The notes: generated from the letters alone by a model not told the origin. A DNA stretch of 64,000 bases from Eubacteriales bacterium (GCA_045536935.1 JAZSOO010000036.1:22854-86853), one strand, 5' to 3'. Numbered from the stretch's first letter, positions 1 through 9,869 are shown. Program-made: numbers and translations.

Positions 1-27
1 TCTTTCCGCAGGAGAAAGTATAATCTT

Positions 28-1242
28 ATGAAAAACAAAAAGAAAAATTGGATAAAATACCGCCACCGTGTTGTGCGGAATATACTTGCTCCGTTTTTGT
101 ATACCTATTCAAGAATAAAATACGGCATCAAACGGGAACCCTTCAAGGAACAGGGCGACAGAGCATATTTGATATTGATGAACCATCAAACAGCCTTCGA
201 CCAATTCTTTGTTGCGTTCTCCTTCAAAGGTCCGGTCTACTATCTTGCGAGCGAGGATATCTTTTCAAAAGGCTGGGTCTCTTCGCTTATACGCTGGCTT
301 GTAGAGCCGATACCGATAAAAAAACAAACGACAGACGTTACGGCTGTATTAAACTGTATGCGTGTTGCCAAAGAAGGCGGTACAATAGCACTTGCGCCCG
401 AAGGAAACCGTACGTACAGCGGAAAGACCGAGTATATGAGCCCCTCCGTTTCGATGCTTGCAAAAAGACTTCGCCTTCCTATCGCACTTTTCCGCATAGA
501 GGGCGGTTACGGCGTTCACCCCCGCTGGAGCGATAAGACACGAAAGGGAAGTATGCGTGCCTACGTTTCGCAGGTCATCGAATACGAAGACTATAAAGAC
601 CTTACCGACGATGAGCTTTTCGAAATTATCGAAAAAGGACTTTTTGTCGACGAAGGCGTTGCCGACGGGGTTTTCAGATCCGAAAAACGTGCCGAATATC
701 TCGAACGTGCCCTCTACGTTTGTCCCTATTGCGGTTTGACGGAATTTGAGAGCAACGGCAATTTTATCGAATGTAAAAAATGCAACCGCAGGATAGAGTA
801 TTGCGAGGACAAAAGCCTTAAGGGTGTTGATTTCGATTTTCCCTTTAATTTCGTTACCGAATGGTACGAATACCAAAAGGATTTTGTTAATGCACTTAAC
901 GTTACCGAAAATTGTGATAAGCCTCTTTATAAAGACAAAGCAAATCTTTCTGAGGTCATCGTTTATAAAAAGAAAATGCTTCTCCGTGAAAATTGCTCTG
1001 TAAACCTTTACGGCGACAGAATAGCGATCGACGAAGACAGCGAAAACAGGCTTGAATTTCCTTTTTCCGAAGTGACCGCCGTTGCGGTTCTCGGCAGAAA
1101 TAAGCTTAATATCTATCATAACCAAAAGGTTTATCAAATAAAAGGCAGCAAACGGTTCAACGCACTTAAATACGTTAATATCTGTTACCGTTGCAAAAAT
1201 ATCCTGAAAGGTGATGAAAATGGAAAATTTTTGGGACTTTAA
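28..1242 (+). CDS. PlsC-like lysophospholipid acyltransferase with long C-terminal extension
   Basis: 404-aa ORF. Acyltransferase block I NHQTAFD (HX4D) and block III APEGNRT. C-terminal half carries CPYCG...CKKCN, a zinc-ribbon-like Cys4 pair. AGGAG upstream. Confidence 0.75.
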   Translation: MKNKKKNWIKYRHRVVRNILAPFLYTYSRIKYGIKREPFKEQGDRAYLILMNHQTAFDQFFVAFSFKGPVYYLASEDIFSKGWVSSLIRWLVEPIPIKKQTTDVTAVLNCMRVAKEGGTIALAPEGNRTYSGKTEYMSPSVSMLAKRLRLPIALFRIEGGYGVHPRWSDKTRKGSMRAYVSQVIEYEDYKDLTDDELFEIIEKGLFVDEGVADGVFRSEKRAEYLERALYVCPYCGLTEFESNGNFIECKKCNRRIEYCEDKSLKGVDFDFPFNFVTEWYEYQKDFVNALNVTENCDKPLYKDKANLSEVIVYKKKMLLRENCSVNLYGDRIAIDEDSENRLEFPFSEVTAVAVLGRNKLNIYHNQKVYQIKGSKRFNALKYVNICYRCKNILKGDENGKFLGL

Positions 1243-2602
1243 CGTTTGGGGCGGCTTTAACCTTATCGCAGTTTTGTTTATGAGCCTCCTCGTAGCAAAC
1301 CTTCTTAAAAAAACCTTCAAATTCCTAAAAGCCTCTTTGATACCAACGTCGGTTCTCGGCGGCGGTGTTTTGGTCATAATCGCAGGTATCTATAAGGCTG
1401 TAACGGGGAATATAATGTTCGATACCGCATTTTTCGGCGGTAACGGTACGGCGACCCTCGAAATAATTACTTATCATACGCTTGCGCTTGGATTTATCGC
1501 TTCGTCGTTTACAAATTCAAACGAGAAAATGACCAAAAAACGTGCAAACGAAATTTTCGATACGGGCGTTACGACGGTTTCTACATATCTTCTCCAAGGT
1601 ACGCTCGGTATGATAATAACTATCGTTGCCGCAAAATTCATTTCGGGCTTCTTTTCTGCTTCGGGCTTGCTTCTTCCTTTCGGCTACGGTCAGGGTACCG
1701 GACAGGCGCTCAACTACGGCGGGATCTATGAAAATCAATTCGGCTTTGCAGGCGGAAAGAGCTTTGGACTTACCATTGCCGCCTTGGGCTTTATAAGCGC
1801 AAGCCTCGGCGGTGTCGTGCACCTTAATATCCTTCGCAAAAAAGGTAAGATAAAACCTCAAAATACAGAGCAAAACATCATTCGTGCCGAGGAGATTCAA
1901 TCCGCTGACGAAAGTCCTATGCAGGAAAGCGTGGACAAAATGACCATACAGCTTGCATTGATCGCACTTTCATATTTCCTTGCATACGTGCTTATGCATA
2001 TTCTCGGAAACCTTCTCCCGAATATGCGCTCGGTAATATTCGGCTTCAACTTCCTTCTCGGCGTTATTACCGCAACGCTCGTGAAGACGGTTATGAATTT
2101 CCTGAAAAAGAAAAAGATCATAAGACGTGAGCATACGAACAAGTTTTTGATGACACGTGTAAGCAATTTCTTCTTCGATATAATGGTCGTTGCAGGTATT
2201 GCGGCAATAAGATTCGGTGCTCTCGAAAAGTATTGGGGAATCATAATAATTCTCGGCGTTCTCGGTCTTCTCGTTACTTATGCTTATAACCGTCTCGTTG
2301 CAAAAACCTTGTTTAAGGAATATTCCGAAGAACAGTTCCTCGCAATGTACGGTATGCTTACGGGTACGGCAAGCACGGGTATAATCCTTCTCCGTGAGAT
2401 CGACGGCGATTTTGAAACCCCTGTTGCCGATAACTTGGTATACCAGAACTTCCCCGCAATCGTCTTCGGCTTCCCGTTGATGATCCTCGCAACGTTGGCT
2501 CCGGTAAAACCGATTCTAACAACAATAATCCTCTTTGCCTTCTTCGTCGTGCTTAATATAATCCTCTTCCGAAGCAAGATATTCAAAAAACGTAAGAAAT
2601 AA
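1220..2602 (+). CDS. gltS: sodium/glutamate symporter family protein (GltS-like)
   Basis: ORF 1211..2602, polytopic membrane protein. C-terminal MLTGTASTGIILLREID block resembles the GltS/ESS family. Start set at ATG 1220, 8 nt after GAAAGG; 1211 and 1214 are alternatives. Confidence 0.55.
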   Translation: MENFWDFNVWGGFNLIAVLFMSLLVANLLKKTFKFLKASLIPTSVLGGGVLVIIAGIYKAVTGNIMFDTAFFGGNGTATLEIITYHTLALGFIASSFTNSNEKMTKKRANEIFDTGVTTVSTYLLQGTLGMIITIVAAKFISGFFSASGLLLPFGYGQGTGQALNYGGIYENQFGFAGGKSFGLTIAALGFISASLGGVVHLNILRKKGKIKPQNTEQNIIRAEEIQSADESPMQESVDKMTIQLALIALSYFLAYVLMHILGNLLPNMRSVIFGFNFLLGVITATLVKTVMNFLKKKKIIRREHTNKFLMTRVSNFFFDIMVVAGIAAIRFGALEKYWGIIIILGVLGLLVTYAYNRLVAKTLFKEYSEEQFLAMYGMLTGTASTGIILLREIDGDFETPVADNLVYQNFPAIVFGFPLMILATLAPVKPILTTIILFAFFVVLNIILFRSKIFKKRKK

Positions 2603-2651
2603 AGCTGTAAATGCGTATTTCTGTTTCGAATATATGTGATCTATATGTATA

Positions 2652-2680
2652 TTGACTTTTGTTCTTTATATTTATATAAT
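2652..2680 (+). promoter_or_regulatory. sigma-A type promoter upstream of aqpZ
   Basis: TTGACT (2652-2657), 17-nt spacer, TATAAT (2675-2680). Confidence 0.6.
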
Positions 2681-2736
2681 AAAGACGGTAATAGTTTTAA
2701 AAACTGTTATAAATTAAAGTTTGGAGGTATATTTTT

Positions 2737-3405
2737 ATGAACTCGCTCAGAAAGTATGTAGCGGAATTTATCGGTACCTTCGTACTGGTGTTTTTCGCTT
2801 GCGGGACTGCTGCGGTCGTTGGCTGTTCTGCTTCAAACGGTACGGGCTATTTGTTGACGGCATTGGCTTTCGGTCTTGTCATCGTTGCTATGGCGTATTC
2901 GATCGGTAACGTATCCGGTTGCCATATCAACCCTGCAGTTTCTATTGCAATGCTCGTAAGCGGAAAACTCGGCATCAAGGATTTCATCGGCTATATAGTT
3001 GCCCAGTTTGCCGGTGCAACGGCAGGTGCGGCTGCTCTTATGGCGTTCGTCGGCAAAGAAAGCGGACTCGGCGCAAATGCATTGTATGAAAACGACGTTC
3101 TTCTTTCTATCGCTATTGAGATCATTCTTACCTTTGTTTTCGTTATTGCAATACTCGGCGTTACCTCGAAAATCGAGAACGGCGCTGTTGCAGGTATCGT
3201 TATCGGTCTTACGTTGACTCTCGTTCACATTCTCGGCATTTCCTTCACGGGAACTTCCGTAAACCCCGCAAGAAGCTTCGGCCCTGCTTTGTTGGTAGGC
3301 GGAGATGCTCTTTCGAACGTATGGGTGTTCATCGTAGCTCCCCTCGTCGGCGGAATACTTGCAGCTCTTGTTTACAAATTCCTTGATCCTAAAAAGGACG
3401 AGTAA
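2737..3405 (+). CDS. aqpZ: aquaporin Z-like MIP channel
   Basis: Two NPA boxes (HINPAVS, SVNPARS) and 6-TM MIP layout. Blocks GTSVNPARS and GLTLTLVHI match the AqpZ pattern. GGAGG RBS. Confidence 0.85.
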   Translation: MNSLRKYVAEFIGTFVLVFFACGTAAVVGCSASNGTGYLLTALAFGLVIVAMAYSIGNVSGCHINPAVSIAMLVSGKLGIKDFIGYIVAQFAGATAGAAALMAFVGKESGLGANALYENDVLLSIAIEIILTFVFVIAILGVTSKIENGAVAGIVIGLTLTLVHILGISFTGTSVNPARSFGPALLVGGDALSNVWVFIVAPLVGGILAALVYKFLDPKKDE

Positions 3406-3441
3406 TTAAATCGAATCTTCATAACATCAGAATACCAAAAC

Positions 3442-3469
3442 AAAAACGGGACAAAAGTCCCGTTTTTTT
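3442..3469 (+). terminator. intrinsic terminator after aqpZ
   Basis: AAAAACGGGAC-AAAA-GTCCCGTTTTTTT hairpin plus T-run. Near-duplicate of the hairpin at 3702-3727. Confidence 0.8.
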
Positions 3470-3694
3470 GTTTGTCTATGGGCTGCAAAAAAGATATTTA
3501 TATGAATTCGAACCTCTCGTGGCCCACACCGTTCGCATAGTCGTATCGCTCGTTGACTTTCGTCAACTTGCGATACTCCTTGCTCTGCGGTGCTCACTTC
3601 GCAGAAAACGTCTCCCCGAGACCTTTTCTGCTCGTTCCCCCGTCATCCCGTTTCGGGACGACTTTGACTGAATGTTCGAAATCACATATCATAT

Positions 3695-3727
3695 CAAAAC
3701 AAAAAACGGGACGAAAGTCCCGTTTTT
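3695..3727 (-). terminator. intrinsic terminator after tRNA-Pro (bidirectional hairpin)
   Basis: AAAAACGGGAC-GAAA-GTCCCGTTTTT. On the minus strand it is followed by TTTTTTGTTTT. Confidence 0.75.
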
Positions 3728-3732
3728 CGTTT

Positions 3733-3809
3733 TGGTCGGAGTGAGAGGATTCGAACCTCCGGCCTCGTCGTCCCGAACGACGCGCTCTACCAAACTGAGC
3801 CACACCCCG
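3733..3809 (-). tRNA. tRNA-Pro (anticodon CGG)
   Basis: Reverse complement CGGGGTG..GCTCAGTTTGGTAGAGC..CGTCG-TTCGGGA-CGACG..GGAGGTTCGAATCCTCT..CACTCCGACCA folds as a cloverleaf. G37 present and CCA encoded. Confidence 0.95.
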
Positions 3810-3925
3810 AAATATTTCGTGCAAGGCGTATTATACAACAAAGAAAAGCGATTGTCAACCGTAAATCAAAAAATAGAAAACAATAAACCGCCGAGAAAAC
3901 TCCCGACGGTTTATTTCATTTGATC

Positions 3926-4351
3926 CTATTCCTTAATTTTTTCACATTTAATTCGGATAATGCCCGAATCGTCCTTTGCGACGTTGACGGAGAATTCCTT
4001 CTTTTGGTCGCCTTCGGTGAGGTTAAAGGTTATTGTTGCATTGCCCTCGGCAATAGGCTTGAGGACAAGCGTTTTATAAGAAGCCGTACCGCCCCAACCA
4101 AAGGTGCCGTAATCGTTCGTTTCCTCGTTTTCAAGGAAAGTTTCGAACATTTTGCTGTCGGAAATGGTATATTCCCAAACACCGAGAGGTTCAACGTCGG
4201 AGGTCATATAAAAGCTTATAAGATCGGTTCCGTCGTTTTCATAAACGGTAAATCTAACCTCGGTAACAATATCCTTGTCCTCTCCGCAAGCGGTTAACGA
4301 GAAGCAGAGAAGTATTGCAATTAAAATAAATATAAATCTTTTCATGATCAT
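3926..4351 (-). CDS. small lipoprotein of unknown function (faint chagasin/I42 inhibitor resemblance)
   Basis: Signal peptide with lipobox LTAC. The ATG overlaps the pmbA stop (ATGA). The FGWGGTASYKTLVLKPIAEGNATITF block loosely resembles the I42 family GxGG...f.f core; unverified. Confidence 0.6.
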   Translation of the reverse strand: MIMKRFIFILIAILLCFSLTACGEDKDIVTEVRFTVYENDGTDLISFYMTSDVEPLGVWEYTISDSKMFETFLENEETNDYGTFGWGGTASYKTLVLKPIAEGNATITFNLTEGDQKKEFSVNVAKDDSGIIRIKCEKIKE

Positions 4352-5649
4352 TTACCCGAAACGGTAATTCCGTCAAAAGCCATATAGGGAGCAACAACAG
4401 TACCGTCTATTAAAATTTCTTTACTTATATCAACAAGATTGTTGAGCATATCCGCAAGGTTTCCGCTGATCATGGTTTCGCTTAGCGCCGAAACGATCTT
4501 TCCGTCTTCGATAAAGAATCCGTTTTTCGCAACACCCGAAAATTCGCCGTTGGTTCCGGGACTGCCGCCCGAGAATCTACCAATGATAACGCCCTTTTTG
4601 ACGTTCTTTATCATCTCTTCAAGCGGTGTTGTGCCGCCCTCGATAACTATCGAGAAGGAAGAATTCTTTGCACGCTCGTTGCCCGTCTTGTTTGCAACGT
4701 ATTGCGAAAGAAGAAAGCTGTTCAGCCTTCCGTTTTTGATAAAATCAAAATCCTCTGCGATAAATCCCTCTCCCGTGTAGACCTGACCGCAAACAATACG
4801 CTCGTCGCTCGGCTTGAAGGAAACGTTAATGCGCTCGTCGGCAACCTGTTTGCCAAGCTTATCCTTCCAAAGCGAGGTTCCGTCAAGAAGCACGCTGTCC
4901 GATGCAAAATTTTCACAAATATTACCGAAAACCGTTCCAACAAGACAACCGGGTGTGAATATTACAGTCCCCGTAAATTTACCCTCTGTGGGTGCAGAAT
5001 CCAGCTGATTCTCGATATCGGTAAGCTCACGCTCGATAAAAGCACAGTCGATAAAGGGCTTGTCAAGGTCGGCAACGGTAACGTCACTGCCGAAGAAGGA
5101 AGTTGCCTTCTCGCCCTCGTGTGCCGAATACATCAATTCTGCGTTGTAACGACCGCTTTCAGAAAAATACGTGTTGCCCGTCGTGCTCATATAAACACCC
5201 TTCGACGAGGTATGGGTGACAATCATCTGCTCGACGATAATCAAGGGGTGACGGTTTTTAATATCCTCCAAAAGCTCTTTTGTGCGGAAGAAAAGCTTTT
5301 CTCTGTCGGGAACAATCGCACCACGCTTGAAATGCTTTTCGCCGATATCCTTTGCAATCTCCCAAGCGGTGTCGGGGTTTGAGCTTTTTGCGGCGGAAAC
5401 GGCGTTTTCAACGGCTTGTGCAATCGATTCATCATCAAAACGGTTTATCGAAACCGAACCCTTTTTGTTTTCCACAAAAACGGTTACTGTAACACCTCTG
5501 TCAAAAAGAGTTCTGAAAAGCGAAAATTCGTTGCCGTCAACGTTAAATTCGTTCGTTTCGCTTTCACGAACGGAACAGTGTGCCACCTCTGCACCAAGCT
5601 CTTTTGCTTTTTTGAGTATATCTTCGGCAATTCTTTTGTATTTTTCCAT
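4348..5649 (-). CDS. pmbA: PmbA/TldE family metallopeptidase subunit
   Basis: 433 aa, immediately downstream of tldD (1-nt gap). C-terminal Gly-rich block GRFSGGSPGTNGEFSGVAKNGFFIEDGKI is typical of the TldD/PmbA fold. Confidence 0.8.
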   Translation of the reverse strand: MEKYKRIAEDILKKAKELGAEVAHCSVRESETNEFNVDGNEFSLFRTLFDRGVTVTVFVENKKGSVSINRFDDESIAQAVENAVSAAKSSNPDTAWEIAKDIGEKHFKRGAIVPDREKLFFRTKELLEDIKNRHPLIIVEQMIVTHTSSKGVYMSTTGNTYFSESGRYNAELMYSAHEGEKATSFFGSDVTVADLDKPFIDCAFIERELTDIENQLDSAPTEGKFTGTVIFTPGCLVGTVFGNICENFASDSVLLDGTSLWKDKLGKQVADERINVSFKPSDERIVCGQVYTGEGFIAEDFDFIKNGRLNSFLLSQYVANKTGNERAKNSSFSIVIEGGTTPLEEMIKNVKKGVIIGRFSGGSPGTNGEFSGVAKNGFFIEDGKIVSALSETMISGNLADMLNNLVDISKEILIDGTVVAPYMAFDGITVSGK

Positions 5650-5650
5650 C

Positions 5651-7036
5651 TTATCTACCTCCGATCATAACCTTACAGCGTATAGCAGGACCGCCCATAC
5701 CAACGGGCATAGGCTGTTTCTTACCGCAAAAGCCGGAACTGTACCAATCTGCCTTGTCGGAGATCATATCAACGGTTTTTAGCATATTGAATGCAACGCC
5801 CGAGATGGTGGTATCAAGCAAAGCTCTGCCCAATTTACCGTTTTTGATCTCATATCCCATACATACGCCGAACATAAATTCACCCGTCGTGTCTGCCTGG
5901 CCGTTGTTCGAATCGAGAAGGTAATATCCGTCCTCGACCGAAGCAATCATATCTTCAAGCTTGTCCGCACCGGGTAATATAGCCGTGTTACGCATACGTA
6001 TCAAAGGTTCATCGGAGAAAGCCCAGGCACGTGCGTTTCCGCAGGGTTGCATACCAAAATGCTGTGCGGATTCACGGTTGTTGAGATAACCCACAAGTAT
6101 GCCGTTTTCAATAATCTTTGCGTCACTTGCAATAACGCCCTCGTCGTCAACGTATACGGGAAGGGGAGTTTTGTTCCCGAACGCCGTGTGTGCAAAGTCG
6201 GTAAGATTTACGATCTCGCTTGCAACGGGCTTTCCAAGGTTATGCGCCGCAACACTTCCGCCAAGCACTAGGTCGGCTTCAACGGTGTGACCGACAGCCT
6301 CGTGAGCAAGCATACCCGTCATCATACTGCCGAGAATAACCGTCTTTTCCCCTGCATCGGCATAGACACCTTCACGCTTTTGCATAAGCTTTTCATAAAG
6401 AATATCGATTTTCGGGAAAAGCTCTTGGGGATCCTTAAAGTTGTCTTCAAAAGCACCCTCTCCGCCGTATGCTTCAAAAAGCTCAATAGGAGCGCCGCTT
6501 GTCGTTTCCGAATTTAGAAAAACATAAACGTAGGAACGCTGTAAGCAGGTGTGAGCATCGCAACCGTCGGAAATACGGAGGAGCTTTTCCATAGAATCCT
6601 CTCTTGCGGCAACGGTACGGCTTTTAAGGTTTGGATATTTCTTTGCGATATAGCTGTCGATCTCACGTGCAAAATCGATATAAACCTTTTGCTCGGCATC
6701 CTTTATATCGGTTTCGAGAATACGGTTTCCTCCCGTAACAATGGGAAGGGAAGGCTTGCCCTTGTTTATATGCAAACTCATAAAATCTGCATTTTCGGTT
6801 GCGGCACGCAAAACAGCCTCTGCCGCTTCGGGCGAATATTCCGCCATGGACGAAAAACCGTAGGTTCCGTTTTTATAAACTCTCGCCGAAACGCCGGAAA
6901 TGTCCTGCCTTGAGTTGCCCGTAAGGTTACCGCAAACCAAGGTAACTCCTCTTGAACGGGAGTTCTGACCTCGTAGTTCCGTGTGCGACGTAGGTGCAAA
7001 TATCACCTTTTTCGGTGTCAAAATATCTTTAAGCAA
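5651..7036 (-). CDS. tldD: TldD family metallopeptidase
   Basis: HExxxH zinc motif in MLAHEAVGHTVEAD and C-terminal TTGEFMFG block. Start placed at TTG 7036, 7 nt after AAGGAGG. The track ATG at 7075 has no RBS. Confidence 0.85.
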   Translation of the reverse strand: MLKDILTPKKVIFAPTSHTELRGQNSRSRGVTLVCGNLTGNSRQDISGVSARVYKNGTYGFSSMAEYSPEAAEAVLRAATENADFMSLHINKGKPSLPIVTGGNRILETDIKDAEQKVYIDFAREIDSYIAKKYPNLKSRTVAAREDSMEKLLRISDGCDAHTCLQRSYVYVFLNSETTSGAPIELFEAYGGEGAFEDNFKDPQELFPKIDILYEKLMQKREGVYADAGEKTVILGSMMTGMLAHEAVGHTVEADLVLGGSVAAHNLGKPVASEIVNLTDFAHTAFGNKTPLPVYVDDEGVIASDAKIIENGILVGYLNNRESAQHFGMQPCGNARAWAFSDEPLIRMRNTAILPGADKLEDMIASVEDGYYLLDSNNGQADTTGEFMFGVCMGYEIKNGKLGRALLDTTISGVAFNMLKTVDMISDKADWYSSGFCGKKQPMPVGMGGPAIRCKVMIGGR

Positions 7037-7164
7037 AGAAAAACCTCCTTGTTTTTGGTTAAAATATATCATCAAATATTATAGATAGTATAACACCAAA
7101 AACTATGATTGTAAACATCATCGTATTGTTCTTCTTAAAAAATGTTTCTTTGCTTAAAAAAACA

Positions 7165-7193
7165 TTGTATTGTAAAAAGATACGTGATATAAT
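7165..7193 (+). promoter_or_regulatory. sigma-A promoter with extended -10
   Basis: TTGTAT (7165-7170), 17-nt spacer, TGaTATAAT (7185-7193). Confidence 0.55.
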
Positions 7194-7276
7194 ATATCGG
7201 AAAAAGTCGAACCGAAGTTGCTTAAAAAGTTTGTTTTCGGCTATAGATAAGATATGACAAAACAAGGAGAAATTAA

Positions 7277-8323
7277 ATGCTTGTTCCCGTTTTATTGCTT
7301 GTATTAGGCTTCGTTTTATTGATAAAAGGCGGAGATTGGTTTGTGGACGGTGCCACGGGCATCGCACGTAGGTTTCATTTGCCCGAATTGCTGATAGGCG
7401 CAACGGTCGTTTCTATCGGTACAACGTTGCCTGAAGTTATGGTTTCTGCAGGTGCGGCTTTTCAGGGAAGCGGTTCTATTGCATACGGTAATGCTATCGG
7501 TTCTATAATTTGCAATACGTCGTTGATCGCAGCAATAACTATCGCTGTTCGTCCCTCGACGGTTGCAAGAAAAAGTATGGTGTTGCCCGTAGTGTTTTTC
7601 TTCGGTTCTGCCGCTTTATATTGCGGTGTTGCCTATTTTAGCGGTTATTTCAGCCGTACCGTCGGCATACTTTTGTTGTGTGCCTTTGTTATTTATATGG
7701 TTCTTACGGTTTTGCGTATGAAGAAAAACGCAGCTTCGATCGAAACAGTGAAGACCGAAGAAAAGTACGGTGCCGTAACAAGCGAAGAAGAACTCGAAGT
7801 TCGAAGCGGCGAAGATCATGTTGTAGAATCGGCAGATGAGGGAACAAAAGACAGTCTGCTCAAAGATATCGTTCTTTTGGTATTGGGTGCAGTGTTGATC
7901 GCATTCGGTGCTGATTTTTTGGTAGACAACGCCATCATTTTGGCGGAGTATTTCGGTGTATCCGAAAAGGTGATCGGTTTGACCATCGTTGCTTTGGGAA
8001 CGTCTTTGCCGGAATTGGTTACCGCCGTTACAGCGCTTTTGAAGGGGCACGGCTCGCTTTCTTTGGGCAATATAATCGGAGCAAACCTGTTCAATCTTGT
8101 TTTAGTAAGCGGTACAGCGATCACTATAAGTCCTTTCGATATCCCCGTTGCAGGCACGTTGTTTAATGTCAATTCTTCGTTAGTGCTTGATGTGCCGGTT
8201 ATGTTGGGTGTTATGGCAATATTGACGCTTCCTACGCTCTTTAAAGAAAAGCTTTACCGTTGGCAAGGCATCTTACTTTTGGGTATTTACTTTTCGTTTT
8301 GCATTGTGCAATTTGTCATTTGA
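7277..8323 (+). CDS. calcium/sodium antiporter (CaCA/YrbG family)
   Basis: Two alpha-repeat signatures (GNAIGSIICN and GNIIGANLFN), two 5-TM halves and an acidic central loop. Confidence 0.8.
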   Translation: MLVPVLLLVLGFVLLIKGGDWFVDGATGIARRFHLPELLIGATVVSIGTTLPEVMVSAGAAFQGSGSIAYGNAIGSIICNTSLIAAITIAVRPSTVARKSMVLPVVFFFGSAALYCGVAYFSGYFSRTVGILLLCAFVIYMVLTVLRMKKNAASIETVKTEEKYGAVTSEEELEVRSGEDHVVESADEGTKDSLLKDIVLLVLGAVLIAFGADFLVDNAIILAEYFGVSEKVIGLTIVALGTSLPELVTAVTALLKGHGSLSLGNIIGANLFNLVLVSGTAITISPFDIPVAGTLFNVNSSLVLDVPVMLGVMAILTLPTLFKEKLYRWQGILLLGIYFSFCIVQFVI

Positions 8324-8372
8324 TAAATCAGAGGGAACACCCGTATAATTTCCTTATAAAAGGAGAATGAAA

Positions 8373-9869
8373 ATGAACAACTTGAAGAGAACCTCGGGCG
8401 TGTTACTAAGCCTTTCCTCGCTTCCTTCGGAATACGGAATCGGAACGTTTGGCAAGACCGCCGTCGATTTTGCAAGAAGGATTGCGGAAATGGGCTTTTC
8501 CTATTGGCAGGTCCTCCCCTTCACACCCGTTGACTATGCAAATTCACCCTATGGTTCGGACAGCGCATTTGCGGGTAACGAGCTTTATATAAGCCCCGAT
8601 ATGATGGCTGAGGACGGCTTTATAAAAAAAGCCGATGCCGACGTTTTGCGATATAAGGGAACTCCCTTTGTTGCCGATTACGATTTTGCACGCAAAAACC
8701 GTGAAACGTTAATGCGTTTGGCGTATTTCCGTCTTGACGAGGATTTCAAGAAGAAGATAGATTCTTTCATAGAAGAGAAAGAGCTTTTCAACCATTGCTT
8801 CTACCGTGCATTAAAAAGAGAAAACGCAGGCAGACCCTTCTGGGAATGGAAAAGAGGCTCTAACTATAAAACAGCACTTGCTTTTGCCGATAAATACCGT
8901 GAAGAAATACGCTATCACGGCTTTGTTCAATATCTGTTCGCAACACAGTGGGAAAAGACAAAGGCAGAGATAAATGCTTGCGGTATAAAGATAATCGGCG
9001 ATATGCCGATATACGTTTCCCGTGACAGCGCAGACGTTTGGGGCAACCCCGAATTGTTCGATATAGACCCCGATACCTACCAGCCCGAGCGTGTCGCAGG
9101 TGTTCCGCCCGACTATTTTTCCGAGGACGGCCAGCTTTGGGGCAATCCTCTTTATAATTGGAAATATCATAAATCACAAGGGTATTCCTGGTGGATAAAG
9201 CGTATTAAATATTCCTTCACATTGTACGATATGCTCAGAATCGACCATTTCCGTGCGTTTGCTTCTTATTGGGCTGTTGACGGTAAGGCAAAGACGGCAA
9301 AGGACGGCGAATGGAAAAAAGGTCCGGGTATTGCACTTTTCAAGGCTGTCAAGAGTGCGTTGGGCGAAGTTCCGATCATTGCCGAAGACCTCGGAAGCTT
9401 TGGCGAGGACGTTATTGCGCTTCTCGATAAAAGCGGTTTCCCGGGTATGAGAATAATTCAGTTTGGCTTCGAACCCAACGGAGATTCAACTCATCTTCCC
9501 CATAATTATCCGAAAAATTCTATTGCCTATATAGGCACGCACGATAATAATACTCTCCTCGGCTGGCTTTGGGAAGCAACACCGGAGGAACGTGCCTTTG
9601 CGCTTGATTATTGCGGATTCGACCACGGTGATTGGGGTATGGGCGGATATAATGCTCCTGCCTGCCGTAAGATCATTGAAACTGTATGGCGTTCAAGTTC
9701 AAACCTTGCAATAATTCCTTTTCAGGATATGTGCGGTTTCGGCAGTGACGCAAGAATGAATATCCCCGGTGACGACAGCGGAAAATGGAAGTTCCGTGCA
9801 ACAAGGGATATGATGAATTCTATCGATTCGGCATATTTCAAAAAGCTAAACAGACTTTTCCGCAGATAG
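8373..9869 (+). CDS. malQ: 4-alpha-glucanotransferase (amylomaltase, GH77)
   Basis: Blocks LPSEYGIGTFG, LRIDHFRAF, IIAEDLG and IGTHDNNT. ATG 8373 lies 7 nt after AAAGGAG; the track ATG at 8367 is too close to the RBS. Confidence 0.9.
   Translation: MNNLKRTSGVLLSLSSLPSEYGIGTFGKTAVDFARRIAEMGFSYWQVLPFTPVDYANSPYGSDSAFAGNELYISPDMMAEDGFIKKADADVLRYKGTPFVADYDFARKNRETLMRLAYFRLDEDFKKKIDSFIEEKELFNHCFYRALKRENAGRPFWEWKRGSNYKTALAFADKYREEIRYHGFVQYLFATQWEKTKAEINACGIKIIGDMPIYVSRDSADVWGNPELFDIDPDTYQPERVAGVPPDYFSEDGQLWGNPLYNWKYHKSQGYSWWIKRIKYSFTLYDMLRIDHFRAFASYWAVDGKAKTAKDGEWKKGPGIALFKAVKSALGEVPIIAEDLGSFGEDVIALLDKSGFPGMRIIQFGFEPNGDSTHLPHNYPKNSIAYIGTHDNNTLLGWLWEATPEERAFALDYCGFDHGDWGMGGYNAPACRKIIETVWRSSSNLAIIPFQDMCGFGSDARMNIPGDDSGKWKFRATRDMMNSIDSAYFKKLNRLFRR

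Noticed and set aside
3480-3530. tRNA fragment or pseudogene suggested by GAATTCGAACC
   Set aside because: No T-stem pairing or acceptor stem can be drawn around the TTCGAA. It is a palindromic hexamer only.
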